Below are positions 38,179 through 47,063 of a DNA stretch of 64,000 nt, piece by piece. Where the stretch lies: NCBI GenBank assembly GCA_964390595.1, contig CAYMIA010000001.1:59981-123980 (forward strand), in the 5' to 3' direction. The notes below the pieces were generated by a model that was given only the letters and a program-made list of their open reading frames with translations, was not told the origin of the DNA and searched no databases. The DNA comes from an uncultured Gammaproteobacteria bacterium. GTDB lineage: Bacteria; Patescibacteriota; Microgenomatia; Daviesbacterales; UBA10151. Each line of letters starts with the position of its first letter. Position 1 is the first letter of the stretch. A program made the position numbers and the translations under genes.

Positions 38179-38670
38179 CTATAGGGCTTGATCGGCTGAT
38201 TTGGTAAAGAACCTCGAGATTTTAGAGGTAAGGCAACCAGCTGCTCCTGCTAGTAATACCAATATGAGTCCTCCAATTACTGGACTTCCATCGATGATGC
38301 CGGCGTAAAAGCCGCCATCAGAGTAAGATTGGCTTCTTTGTGCTTCATGCCAGGGGTCTTTAATCGCTTGGAAATATTGGGGCGTACCAGCTTCTAAGCT
38401 GATTACCGTTTCAGTACCCGCTATTGTGAGTACACCCGCTACAGCTCCGGAGGCAGATCCCACTCTAAATTCATGATATGACCGTTGTCGCCGTTGACAC
38501 CTCGCTTTATCTTGTTGGTCCTGTTGGTCTTGAATTGCCTTAAGATTGGGTCTAGTATCAACAGATTGAAGTCTTGCAAAGCCAGATTGGGAATCAGGGG
38601 CATAGATAGGAAAACTTAGACTATCCAGTCTATCAAGGCGGTTCACAAAAATTATTATACTACTGTACAA
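38179..38670 (-). CDS. hypothetical protein with C-terminal TM segment
   Basis: 163-aa ORF. The N-terminus is Q/D/R-rich low complexity. Weak coding evidence. Confidence 0.3.
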   Translation of the reverse strand: MYSSIIIFVNRLDRLDSLSFPIYAPDSQSGFARLQSVDTRPNLKAIQDQQDQQDKARCQRRQRSYHEFRVGSASGAVAGVLTIAGTETVISLEAGTPQYFQAIKDPWHEAQRSQSYSDGGFYAGIIDGSPVIGGLILVLLAGAAGCLTSKISRFFTKSADQAL

Positions 38671-38695
38671 GTATTTCAGTCAAAAAGTATAATTT

Positions 38696-39886
38696 TTGAA
38701 GATGGATCAATTGGAAAAGTTGGAAAAAGAAATCCCCAAGCCAGTTTGGTACTTGAGTGTAATTAGTTTCTTTAATGACATCTCTTCAGAGATGCTCTAT
38801 CCGGTGATGCCGATTTTTTTAACTCAGGTTTTGGGGGCGCCAGTTTTTGTGGTGGGATTGATAGAAGGTGTAGCTGAAGGGCTATCTTCAATTTTTAGAA
38901 CAGTTTTTGGCTATCTGTCGGATAAATATCAAAGGCGTGAGCCCTTTGTCATTTTAGGGTATAGTTCATCAGCTATTGCCAAGGTGATCATCGCTCTTTC
39001 ATATTCTTGGCCTTTGGTCTTTTTGGGTAGATTTGTTGACCGGATGGGCAAAGGGATGCGGACTGCACCTAGAGATGTGATGCTTCTTGATGCCTCAAAA
39101 GCTAAAAACCGGGGGTTTATTTTTGGATTTCACCGGTCAGCTGATTCGGCTGGAGCTTTTTTGGGTCCAATCATCACCTTAATCTTGCTAGCTTCATTTA
39201 ACAATAATATTAGGCTGGTTTTGCTTTTGGCAACAATTCCAGCTTTTTGCAGTTTATTTTTCTTTTTATTTTTGAAAGAAGCGAGGAGGACTCACCCTGG
39301 GCCTGCTAAATTTAACCTATCACTTTCTCTGCATAAAATGCCAAAGGAATTTAGGATTTTTTTACTTGGGACTGCTTTGTTTTCTTTGGGGAATAGCTCA
39401 GATAGTTTTTTAATCCTAAAATCTCAAAGTTTAGGTTTGTCCCTGACTTTAATTATTTCAGCCTACATCTTATACAACTTGGTTTATGCACTGGTTTCAA
39501 CTCCGGCTGGAGTGATCTCAGATAAGATTGGTCGAAAAAGAATCTTTATGGTTGGGATCTTAATTTACAGCTTAGTTTATTTAGGTTTTGCGATTAACCA
39601 TAATCCGATTTTGGTTTGGCCGCTGTTTGCTATTTATGGCTTTTACATAGCGATGACAGATGGGGTAGGAAAGGCGCTGATTGGCGGGTTAGTTAGCCAT
39701 GAAATTTCAGGAACAGCGTACGGGGTTTATAATACGGTTTTGTCGATTTTTCTGTTTTTATCTTCCTTTCTAGCTGGCTGGTTTTGGAGCCTAATTTCGC
39801 CTCAAGCCCCTTTTTATTTTGCTAGCGCTTGTGCACTTTTAGCTTTCCTGGTTTTTTTCTTCGTTCCTGAGAAGCGAGCCATTTAA
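38696..39886 (+). CDS. MFS transporter
   Basis: 396 aa with 12 TM segments. MFS motif A-like GRFVDRMGKGMRTAPRD. Confidence 0.8.
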   Translation: MKMDQLEKLEKEIPKPVWYLSVISFFNDISSEMLYPVMPIFLTQVLGAPVFVVGLIEGVAEGLSSIFRTVFGYLSDKYQRREPFVILGYSSSAIAKVIIALSYSWPLVFLGRFVDRMGKGMRTAPRDVMLLDASKAKNRGFIFGFHRSADSAGAFLGPIITLILLASFNNNIRLVLLLATIPAFCSLFFFLFLKEARRTHPGPAKFNLSLSLHKMPKEFRIFLLGTALFSLGNSSDSFLILKSQSLGLSLTLIISAYILYNLVYALVSTPAGVISDKIGRKRIFMVGILIYSLVYLGFAINHNPILVWPLFAIYGFYIAMTDGVGKALIGGLVSHEISGTAYGVYNTVLSIFLFLSSFLAGWFWSLISPQAPFYFASACALLAFLVFFFVPEKRAI

Positions 39887-39951
39887 CTTAAACTTTGATA
39901 AAACCATCCCAAATTGATAAAATACAGATGCCCGAATGGTTCATGCGATTT

Positions 39952-40024
39952 GCCCCCATAGCTCAGTGGATAGAGCAGGACGGTTCTAACGTCAAGGCCG
40001 CAGGTTCGAATCCTGCTGGGGGTA
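39952..40024 (+). tRNA. tRNA-Arg (anticodon UCU)
   Basis: Acceptor GCCCCCA/TGGGGGT, D-arm GCTC-AGTGGATA-GAGC, anticodon stem GGACG/CGTCA (27-43 mismatch) with loop GTTCTAA (anticodon TCT), T-arm GCAGG-TTCGAAT-CCTGC. The layout matches E. coli argU. G32 is unusual. Confidence 0.65.
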
Positions 40025-40086
40025 CTGATTCAAAGTTATTCCAAAAATGTTTTTTTGAGGAGTTTATTGTATAATTTCGCATTGAT

Positions 40087-40866
40087 ATGTCATTAATGCC
40101 AGAGAGTTCAGAAGAAACGCCGACTGCAGATTCCGCAGAAAGATATTTAAGAACTAGTCCGGTTACCCGAGACTTATTGTTTGAAAGTCGAGCCTTTAGG
40201 GGATCGGAAAAAGACGCTTCATTAATTTTTAAAACATTACCAGCTTATTCTCTTAGGTATAGCATGGAATATTATGGCAGAGCTTACAAAGATTCTTTTG
40301 CTTTCCCAACCGCTTTTTTCCAACTGGCTGAAAGAATCGGATTTAATATTTCGTACAAAGAGACCCCTAATAGAGATCGGGACGAGTTTAGGTGGTTAGA
40401 GGCATTTGCTGTTTATGTGGATTCTGAAGAGACAAGAAAGGCTTTAGTGGGGTTACAGTTTTCTTACTGGAAGTATGACATATATGAGATTCTCCATGGA
40501 ATTTCCCAGAGATCTCCTTCTGCACTTGAAGATTTGGCACTAGGTAATTACGAATCTCTTATTAGAAACGCTAATATCGAATATAGATTATTACCGGCTA
40601 ATTATCCAAGTATCGAACTGCTTGCAAAGCGCTCCTTTTTGGTCGCATATCAAAGAAATATGGATAGAAGAATTCTGGCTGTACAACACGGTTTAGCTCT
40701 TAGAGAACCAGATAGCCTAGACCTTCGACATAGAGAGCTTGTGCAGCGTTTTTTGGATGAAGGCTTATCTCCTTTAACGCCAATGGAGTTTGAGGCACTT
40801 GTATTTTATGTTGCTCAACATGTTTTTGTACGTGAGCCGCATTATGGACCCCCTAAGAATTTATAG
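40087..40866 (+). CDS. hypothetical protein
   Basis: 259-aa ORF immediately downstream of tRNA-Arg(UCU). No motif recognised. Confidence 0.45.
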   Translation: MSLMPESSEETPTADSAERYLRTSPVTRDLLFESRAFRGSEKDASLIFKTLPAYSLRYSMEYYGRAYKDSFAFPTAFFQLAERIGFNISYKETPNRDRDEFRWLEAFAVYVDSEETRKALVGLQFSYWKYDIYEILHGISQRSPSALEDLALGNYESLIRNANIEYRLLPANYPSIELLAKRSFLVAYQRNMDRRILAVQHGLALREPDSLDLRHRELVQRFLDEGLSPLTPMEFEALVFYVAQHVFVREPHYGPPKNL

Positions 40867-40994
40867 GATTTACTCGATTTCTTCATTGATTTTGGTACCC
40901 TTGGTGAGATCTTTTAAAAAAGTCTGACTTGTGAAGAAGAATTAATTTCTTGCTTAATCCTTACTTTAGTAGCTTATAAGCTTGAAACCTCTCT

Positions 40995-42236
40995 TTGCCT
41001 ACATCCCACTTTGTTAGAGTGGGGTTTTGGCTAATCGGTTATAATAAGAAGGTGCTTAAAAAGTATTTTTTGATTTTGATAATTCTGTCAATTTTAATTG
41101 TGTTTGTGGCAGTAATTATTAAGACCAGGGTGGGGGATTTAAGGCCAGTTATCTTACCTGCCAAGTCAGTGATGACCAGTCAAAAAGCCTCGATTTTAAT
41201 TGGAGACCAACCTAGTATTCCGCTGCAAATTAGTGATAGTTTTAAAATTGGAGTTTTTGCTAAGGATTTAGGTGCTCCGAGAGATTTGCAGCTTTCACCT
41301 GGGGGAACAATGCTTGCTTCTATTCCCAGTAAGGGAGAGATCGTGGCTTTGCCAGATAAAAACAATGACGGTCGTTCCGATGAGACAAAAATCATTATCT
41401 CTAATCTAAAAAATCCTCATGGGATAGCTTTTTTTAACAATAAGCTGTTTGTGGCCCAGGAAACTGAATTGGATAGATATAATTTTGATGAGGGTAGTCT
41501 GACTGCGACTTTAGATAAAAAACTGTTTAATATTCCAGTTGGAGGGAGGCATACGAGCCGGACTATTGAATTTAATTCCAAGGGAGAGATGTTTGTTTCG
41601 ATTGGGTCAACTTGTGATGTTTGTATGGAGAGAAATGCTTGGAATGGCGCGGTGATAGTATCTAATGCGGAGGGGATAGGTCCTAAAGTTTATTCTTCAG
41701 GGCTCCGGAATGCAGTTTTTATAAAGTTAAATCCAAAGAGTGACTCGGTTTGGGGAGTGGAGATGGGGCGGGATTATTTGGGTGATAATTTGCCCCCAGA
41801 TGAGATTAATATCCTGAGGGAAGGTGGTAATTTTGGCTGGCCTTATTGTTATGGTGATAAAACTCATGACGATTCTTTCGATCCGAGAAATAGCCATGGA
41901 TGTAGCGATACAATCGCGCCAGTTTTTAAAATTCAAGCTCACTCCGCGCCTTTGGGTCTAAATTTTATTAACTCAGCTCAGTTTCCAGCTGACTGGCAAG
42001 GAGACTTACTGGTTTCCTTTCATGGATCATGGAATAGATCAGTTCCAACTGGTTTTAAAGTAGTCCATATGAAAGTTTCTGGAGAAAATATTTTGTCTCA
42101 GGAAGATTTTTTAACTGGATTTTTACAAGGGAGCAATACCTTGGGTAGGCCAGTCGATTTAGAATTTGATAAAGAAGGCAGTTTATTTATTAGTGATGAT
42201 AAAGCTGGTGCTGTTTATAAAGTAATTAAGAAGTAG
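40995..42236 (+). CDS. PQQ-dependent sugar (glucose/sorbosone) dehydrogenase-like beta-propeller protein, membrane-anchored
   Basis: 413 aa with an N-terminal TM segment. NPHGIAF, GWPYCYGD and the overall beta-propeller pattern are typical of the GSDH/sorbosone dehydrogenase family. Confidence 0.6.
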   Translation: MPTSHFVRVGFWLIGYNKKVLKKYFLILIILSILIVFVAVIIKTRVGDLRPVILPAKSVMTSQKASILIGDQPSIPLQISDSFKIGVFAKDLGAPRDLQLSPGGTMLASIPSKGEIVALPDKNNDGRSDETKIIISNLKNPHGIAFFNNKLFVAQETELDRYNFDEGSLTATLDKKLFNIPVGGRHTSRTIEFNSKGEMFVSIGSTCDVCMERNAWNGAVIVSNAEGIGPKVYSSGLRNAVFIKLNPKSDSVWGVEMGRDYLGDNLPPDEINILREGGNFGWPYCYGDKTHDDSFDPRNSHGCSDTIAPVFKIQAHSAPLGLNFINSAQFPADWQGDLLVSFHGSWNRSVPTGFKVVHMKVSGENILSQEDFLTGFLQGSNTLGRPVDLEFDKEGSLFISDDKAGAVYKVIKK

Positions 42237-42627
42237 CTAGAATTTGTTGGTGGGTTTTTTTAAGCTGTTCACTGGTCGCCATTTTAGCAGGTTTTTTTAG
42301 ATCTCCTTCTTGATCCACTGGGATTAGATGGACATGGACATGGGGTGCTTCTAGGCCCATTACCAAAACACCAATGCGTCCGGATTTAGGTTTAAGAGTT
42401 TTTTGAAGTAGTTTAGAAACTTTTTTAGTAGCAATAAAAAGATCGCCAATCTCTTTGTCTCCGATATCAAAAAGGTAAGGGTCGTGTTTTTTGGGGATAA
42501 CTAAGGTATGACCCTCTTTAACAGGTTGAATCGTTAAAAAGGCTAAATAATCTTGATCTTCCCAGACTTTATAGCTAGGGATTTCATTTTTGATGATTTT
42601 ACAGAATACGCAATCTTCAAGAGACAT
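42226..42627 (-). CDS. HIT-family nucleotide hydrolase/transferase
   Basis: 133 aa with the histidine triad HVHVHLIP. N-terminal CVFCKI. Confidence 0.85.
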   Translation of the reverse strand: MSLEDCVFCKIIKNEIPSYKVWEDQDYLAFLTIQPVKEGHTLVIPKKHDPYLFDIGDKEIGDLFIATKKVSKLLQKTLKPKSGRIGVLVMGLEAPHVHVHLIPVDQEGDLKKPAKMATSEQLKKTHQQILATS

Positions 42628-43052
42628 TAGGATAGGTCAATTCCAGCAGCTTTGAGAACTTCAGCTTCTTCAAGGTAGTTTTGAGTAATCCAATCGGTAG
42701 TCTTTTGGTGTTTTTCTTCGCCTTCACCCCAAGTGTCTTCGCCCTTTTTTTCCATATCCTCAAGGTTTTGATAATAGTCAGGCATTTCAACTAGATGAGC
42801 GATCGCAATTTTGCCAGCAGTTTCGTAAGAATCATTGTGAACTTTGGTGATCCCACCAGTCTCTTCGGCATAGAGGTTACCATGTTCCATCTCTTCTTTG
42901 ACACCTTGTCTGAATTCACCTAAATCAAATTTAGTAAAATCTACTCCAATAGCAAGACCTACCTCATAAGCTTTTTTTAAAGTTAAATCGGGAAAACTTT
43001 TATAAGATTTAGAATAAAAATCATACTTGCGCATGGGCTTATTAAAGCACAT
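42627..43052 (-). CDS. hypothetical protein (EMEHG-motif small protein)
   Basis: 141 aa. The conserved-looking core VGLAIGVDFTKFDLGEFRQGVKEEMEHG is something I recall from small proteins of phage/CPR origin, possibly a DUF family, but I am not certain. Confidence 0.4.
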   Translation of the reverse strand: MCFNKPMRKYDFYSKSYKSFPDLTLKKAYEVGLAIGVDFTKFDLGEFRQGVKEEMEHGNLYAEETGGITKVHNDSYETAGKIAIAHLVEMPDYYQNLEDMEKKGEDTWGEGEEKHQKTTDWITQNYLEEAEVLKAAGIDLS

Positions 43053-43217
43053 TTAGATCAAAAAAGATAGTGCTTATTGTAGATTTTTCAGCCTTGTTGA
43101 GTTATCATTATTAGTTAACTGTGCTTTTTCTGCTAATGGCAGAGATCGCTCGGGTTGGGGGATTCGGCAGTGCGCTATGATGGGTAGTACAGAGGTTGTC
43201 CGAATCGCCCATGTTTT

Positions 43218-43289
43218 CGGGGTGTAGTTCATCGGTAGAACGCTCGCTTTGGGAGCGAGAAGTAGTGGGTTCAATTCCCTCCACCCCGA
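43218..43289 (+). tRNA. tRNA-Pro (anticodon UGG)
   Basis: Acceptor CGGGGTG/CACCCCG is a perfect 7 bp. D-arm GTTC-ATCGGTA-GAAC, anticodon stem CTCGC/GCGAG is perfect with loop TTTGGGA (anticodon TGG, G37). T-arm GTGGG-TTCAATT-CCCTC has one U-U mismatch. Confidence 0.7.
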
Positions 43290-43341
43290 CACTTTAATTC
43301 TTACCCTTAATTTACCCGATGATGATATAATCTTGGCCACG

Positions 43342-44103
43342 ATGAGTAAACTATTGAAGGGAAGAGATTTTTGGAATCAATCAGCGGCTGATTTTTCATC
43401 TGATCAAACTTTGGGAAGAAAATTTGTTTTGGATCCCGCGCTACTTAAGGTGATTGGAGATGTTTCAGGCAAAAAAGTTCTTGATTTGGGCTGTGGATAT
43501 GGCAGACTAACGAATTTACTAGCTTCCAAGGGTGGTATTTGTACAGGTATAGATTATTCAGAAAAATTAATTGAAATAGCTCAAGCTTCTGCTAAAAATC
43601 AAGGCTTGGGGGTTGATTTTCAAGTAATGGATGCAACTGAAATAGGTGACTTGGAAGGGGAATTTGATCTAATCTTGATCTCCATTCTTTTTCCCCACTT
43701 ACCAGATTACAAAAGAGCCTTAAGTTTGGCTAGGGGAATAAAAAATCTGGCCAAATCGGATGCCTATTTAATAATTGGTGAGCCTCATCCAGCCTTTGAT
43801 TATTATATGAGAAATAGGTTAGCAAGTGGAGATTTTGAATACTTTAATAGCGGGTTAGGATATGATTTTAAGATGGAGCTGGGGGCGACTGCTCTAGAGT
43901 CTGAGGCTTATCATTGGACTCTGGCTGATTATTCTAAGTTAATTGATGAGTCTGGATTTTTAATTGAAAAAATAATTGAATCAGAACCTCTGCCTGAAGG
44001 TAGGAAGATAAATCCGGATTGGTTTCAACAAAAAAGTAAATATCCCTCTTATATCATTTTTAAATGCGTTCAAAAATCCCAGCGAACTGATCTTGATAGA
44101 TAG
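43342..44103 (+). CDS. class I SAM-dependent methyltransferase
   Basis: The ORF track starts at 43249, inside the tRNA. The likely start is Met MSKLLKGRDF. Motif I is VLDLGCGYGRLT. Confidence 0.7.
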   Translation: MSKLLKGRDFWNQSAADFSSDQTLGRKFVLDPALLKVIGDVSGKKVLDLGCGYGRLTNLLASKGGICTGIDYSEKLIEIAQASAKNQGLGVDFQVMDATEIGDLEGEFDLILISILFPHLPDYKRALSLARGIKNLAKSDAYLIIGEPHPAFDYYMRNRLASGDFEYFNSGLGYDFKMELGATALESEAYHWTLADYSKLIDESGFLIEKIIESEPLPEGRKINPDWFQQKSKYPSYIIFKCVQKSQRTDLDR

Positions 44104-45505
44104 ATTTCCACTTACCTTCTGAGACTAGTTGCTCTAGCCTTTGATACATTGGTTTGCTGGTAGACATATAAACCAAGTTATAATCTGAGTTGTTAATATC
44201 TTGCCAATTTTGCTCTAGCGGATAGTACTCTGCAAAAGCGCTGTAACCTTTGTCATCTTGCCAAAGATGCATTCTTCCATCAATGGATGGTTTGATATTG
44301 GGGTAATTCCAGATCAACCAGCCTCCAAAATCATAAGCAGTCAGCAGATTGTTTTTTTGAGGATAGTTGGACAGAATCTCAGCTGATTTAGGGGAACAAT
44401 AGCTAAATTCAAAACAATATCTATCCCAATTCATGCTAGCAAATTGCTGGAAGGGAAGTTTAAATAAGATCACGACCACCAAAACTAAAGCCAGGAGGAT
44501 GGTTGCACCAATAGTTTGAAATTTTTTGGTATCTGGTTGTAAAAAATGAACTATGGGTAGTAGTAGTGGAATGGACAGATAGTAAAAAGGCCAAGCGTAG
44601 CGGCGTATAAAAAAGGTCATTAAAAAGACTATCACTGATACTCCAATGATGGGTAATATTTTTTTGTATTGATTGGTGAAAAAAATAGCAATCAGGCTAA
44701 ACAGGAGCAATGTGGCATAAATAATGTGGTTCCACCAAAGCTGTGATAAAGAGATAAAAGGGAGCCATTCAGCGATATATTTTTGCCAAGGGTTGGCAAA
44801 ATGATGCAAACTTTCTTGATAGATGCTAATTCCAAATGGATTAATTAGGGTAGCTAAGCCAGAGAAAACAAATGTGACTGCGGCTATAATCAAAGACTTA
44901 GTGGCTAATTCCTTTTCTTCTAGGTCAGTAAAAAAGATTAGCTCAACCACTTTGAATACTAGCCAGCAAAAAAATAGGCCCAGCCCAAGTAGGTACTCAC
45001 CATGAATGTTGCTCCAGATTAAAAAAACCGGTATTAATACGAGAGTCCATTTAGGGTTGACTTTATTTAGGCGGTTCAGAACAAATAAAAGCACACTGAT
45101 TAAAAACATGGAGAGTAGTTGACCTCGAAAAGAGACAGAATTCAGAGGATCTTCAATATAGAGAAGGATTGGAAAAAGAAACGCCTGTTCAAAAAAAGTT
45201 AGGCGGAAAGCCAAAGACACAAATAAAAAGGTTAGAGTGATTACAACTGCAGCAAGCAGGGTTAGTCCCAAAAATCCAAGTAGGTGATAGGCACCATAAG
45301 TAAAAAGGTCAGTTAACCAGGAGCTGTTAACCCAATGGTAATCAGGCATCATGGTAGAAAAAGTATTATCTCTGAGCAGGTTGCCGTGCGCAAAGAAATA
45401 TTCACCATATTTAAGATGCCAGCCTAAATCAATGTCATGAGGTACATTAAGGGCAGCTAGAAAAACTATTAAAAAGGGAAATAACCCCAAAAACAACTTC
45501 TTCAT
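44060..45505 (-). CDS. polytopic membrane protein (possible GT-C-type glycosyltransferase/polymerase-like)
   Basis: 481 aa with at least 12 TM segments. No diagnostic motif. The glycosyltransferase guess rests only on the topology. Confidence 0.4.
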   Translation of the reverse strand: MKKLFLGLFPFLIVFLAALNVPHDIDLGWHLKYGEYFFAHGNLLRDNTFSTMMPDYHWVNSSWLTDLFTYGAYHLLGFLGLTLLAAVVITLTFLFVSLAFRLTFFEQAFLFPILLYIEDPLNSVSFRGQLLSMFLISVLLFVLNRLNKVNPKWTLVLIPVFLIWSNIHGEYLLGLGLFFCWLVFKVVELIFFTDLEEKELATKSLIIAAVTFVFSGLATLINPFGISIYQESLHHFANPWQKYIAEWLPFISLSQLWWNHIIYATLLLFSLIAIFFTNQYKKILPIIGVSVIVFLMTFFIRRYAWPFYYLSIPLLLPIVHFLQPDTKKFQTIGATILLALVLVVVILFKLPFQQFASMNWDRYCFEFSYCSPKSAEILSNYPQKNNLLTAYDFGGWLIWNYPNIKPSIDGRMHLWQDDKGYSAFAEYYPLEQNWQDINNSDYNLVYMSTSKPMYQRLEQLVSEGKWKSIYQDQFAGIFERI

Positions 45506-45684
45506 TTTCCTGCAGAGTATAGCATGATTAATTTAAAAAAAAGACCCCATTGCTGAGGTCTTTCCCGAGAAATATTTATTGCTAAATCTTCCCTGACTCC
45601 ACAACTTGCGCCGTAGAGCTAATTTATATATATCCTTTTTTGCTAACTTTGTCAAGAATAAGTTGTGCGAACCCCACAAGGCTG

Positions 45685-45766
45685 TGCTGGCGGTGGGATT
45701 CGAACCCACAAGGTCTAAGACCATTGGATTTTAAGTCCAACGTGTATACCATTCCACCACGCCAGC
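45685..45766 (-). tRNA. tRNA-Leu (anticodon UAA), class II with long variable arm
   Basis: Acceptor GCTGGCG/CGCCAGC is perfect. Anticodon stem TTGGA/TCCAA with loop CTTAAAA (anticodon TAA). Variable arm GGTC-TTA-GACC. T-arm GTGGG-TTCGAAT-CCCAC. Discriminator A. Confidence 0.8.
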
Positions 45767-45814
45767 GGATTTGGAGCCATTGTAGCAAATAAACTACTCT
45801 GTTACAATTTTAAA

Positions 45815-46723
45815 GTGAAACGAGTAAAAAAGACCAAGCGGCCAACAAATTACTTTACTTTAGTGCTGCTAATAGCATTTTCAACAGCTTTAGCGCTTCT
45901 TCTAATTGTAATAATTAGTAAAAAGCCAGGTAGTGGATTAAAAAATACAGTCCAAGCTAAAGTTGCCCCAGTAGTTGTTAAAAAACCTGTAGCGCTAGTA
46001 AAAAAAGTTGCCGCCAATTCAGCTGCAACCATCCCTCAAAATTATGGCCGATCAGTCTCTGTGCCTATTTTGATGTATCACTATATAGGCAATAATCCTA
46101 ACTCAGCCGATAAAGCCCGGGATGTATTATCCACAGCGCCAGATAAATTTGATGAACAGATGGGTTATTTAGCTAAAAATGGCTTTAATCCGATTACTTT
46201 TGATACTTTGTATAGTGCCTTAAAGGGAACTGGAGGTTTACCAAGTAAACCAATTATTCTGACCTTTGATGATGGTTACACAGATTTTTATATTAATGCT
46301 TATCCAATTTTGCAAAAAAATGGCTTTAAAGCCGTGTCTTTTATTCCTACCGGACTGATGAATCAGGGGTATTATTTAACCTGGGACCAGATCAAAGAGA
46401 TGGATTCAGGAGGATTGATTCAATTTGAAGCCCACACCATCAATCATCTCAACTTGGCAACTTTAAGCCCAGATCAGATGAAATATCAAATAGTCGAAGG
46501 AAAAAAGCAGCTTGAAGAACATTTGGGTCATCCAGTTGGCTTTTTTGCATATCCTTATGGTGTTTCAAATGCAGTTGCTTGGCAGATTGTCAAAGAGGCT
46601 GGGTTTTTAGCTGCGGTGGGGACTTGGTATGGAACAGTCGAGTCGGAGGGAAATTTAGTAAATATGCCTAGAATAAGAATATCAGGCGGCTTGAGCCTTG
46701 ATGAGTTTGCAAAAAGAATCTGA
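45815..46723 (+). CDS. secreted polysaccharide deacetylase (NodB domain)
   Basis: 302 aa with an N-terminal TM/signal. NodB motif 1 is ILTFDDGYTDFY. A His motif sits downstream (EAHTINHL). Confidence 0.7.
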   Translation: MKRVKKTKRPTNYFTLVLLIAFSTALALLLIVIISKKPGSGLKNTVQAKVAPVVVKKPVALVKKVAANSAATIPQNYGRSVSVPILMYHYIGNNPNSADKARDVLSTAPDKFDEQMGYLAKNGFNPITFDTLYSALKGTGGLPSKPIILTFDDGYTDFYINAYPILQKNGFKAVSFIPTGLMNQGYYLTWDQIKEMDSGGLIQFEAHTINHLNLATLSPDQMKYQIVEGKKQLEEHLGHPVGFFAYPYGVSNAVAWQIVKEAGFLAAVGTWYGTVESEGNLVNMPRIRISGGLSLDEFAKRI

Positions 46724-46747
46724 CCGCCGGATATTTATCTTTTGGAC

Positions 46748-46999
46748 TTAATCTTGTCTTGGTCTAGCTTCATTGACAACAATTTTCCGACCATCTAAAT
46801 CGGAATCATTGAGACTTTTGATCGCCTCATCTGCTTCTGCATCGTTAGCCATTTCGACAAACCCAAAGCCACGGCTTCTGCCGGTTGCTTTATCCATCAA
46901 TACAGTTGCGGATACGACTGTACCGAATTTAGAAAAAAGATCATTCAATTGTTGATTATTAACTGCCCAAGGAAGGGATCCAACAAATAACTTTTTAAT
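46748..46999 (-). CDS. RRM-type RNA-binding protein (Rbp-like), apparently AUU-initiated
   Basis: The ORF track gives a 66-aa fragment from a TTG. Extending upstream in frame yields a complete RRM: RNP2 KLFVGSLPW is followed by RNP1 RGFGFVEM. The only in-frame start before RNP2 is ATT (46997-46999), preceded by SD GGTGAG with a 5-nt spacer. An in-frame TGA lies just upstream of the ATT. Confidence 0.55.
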   Translation of the reverse strand: MKKLFVGSLPWAVNNQQLNDLFSKFGTVVSATVLMDKATGRSRGFGFVEMANDAEADEAIKSLNDSDLDGRKIVVNEARPRQD

Positions 47000-47063
47000 A
47001 AAAACTCACCACCTTACTAAAATTGTGAATTAAATTCACGGGTTAAGCTTACCTTAATACTTG

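Noticed and set aside
39952-40024. Reading the tRNA at 39952 as an amber-suppressor (anticodon CUA, loop TTCTAAC)
   Set aside because: That register has no complementary anticodon stem. The register that gives a 4/5-bp stem matches the E. coli argU layout and yields anticodon UCU.
43074-43340. 88-aa minus-strand ORF, and the 5' extension of the 43249 ORF
   Set aside because: Both run through tRNA-Pro. The methyltransferase most plausibly starts at Met 43342.
45533-45724. 63-aa minus-strand ORF
   Set aside because: It overlaps tRNA-Leu(UAA) and is a shadow ORF.
46955-47010. Possibility that the in-frame TGA upstream of the RRM gene is read as Gly (alternative code 25/4), which would allow an even longer N-terminus
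   Set aside because: Many long genes in the window (807-aa ppsA, 931-aa primase-like, 579-aa GH) are intact under the standard code used for the ORF track. There is no sign of systematic TGA recoding. Code 11 is assumed.
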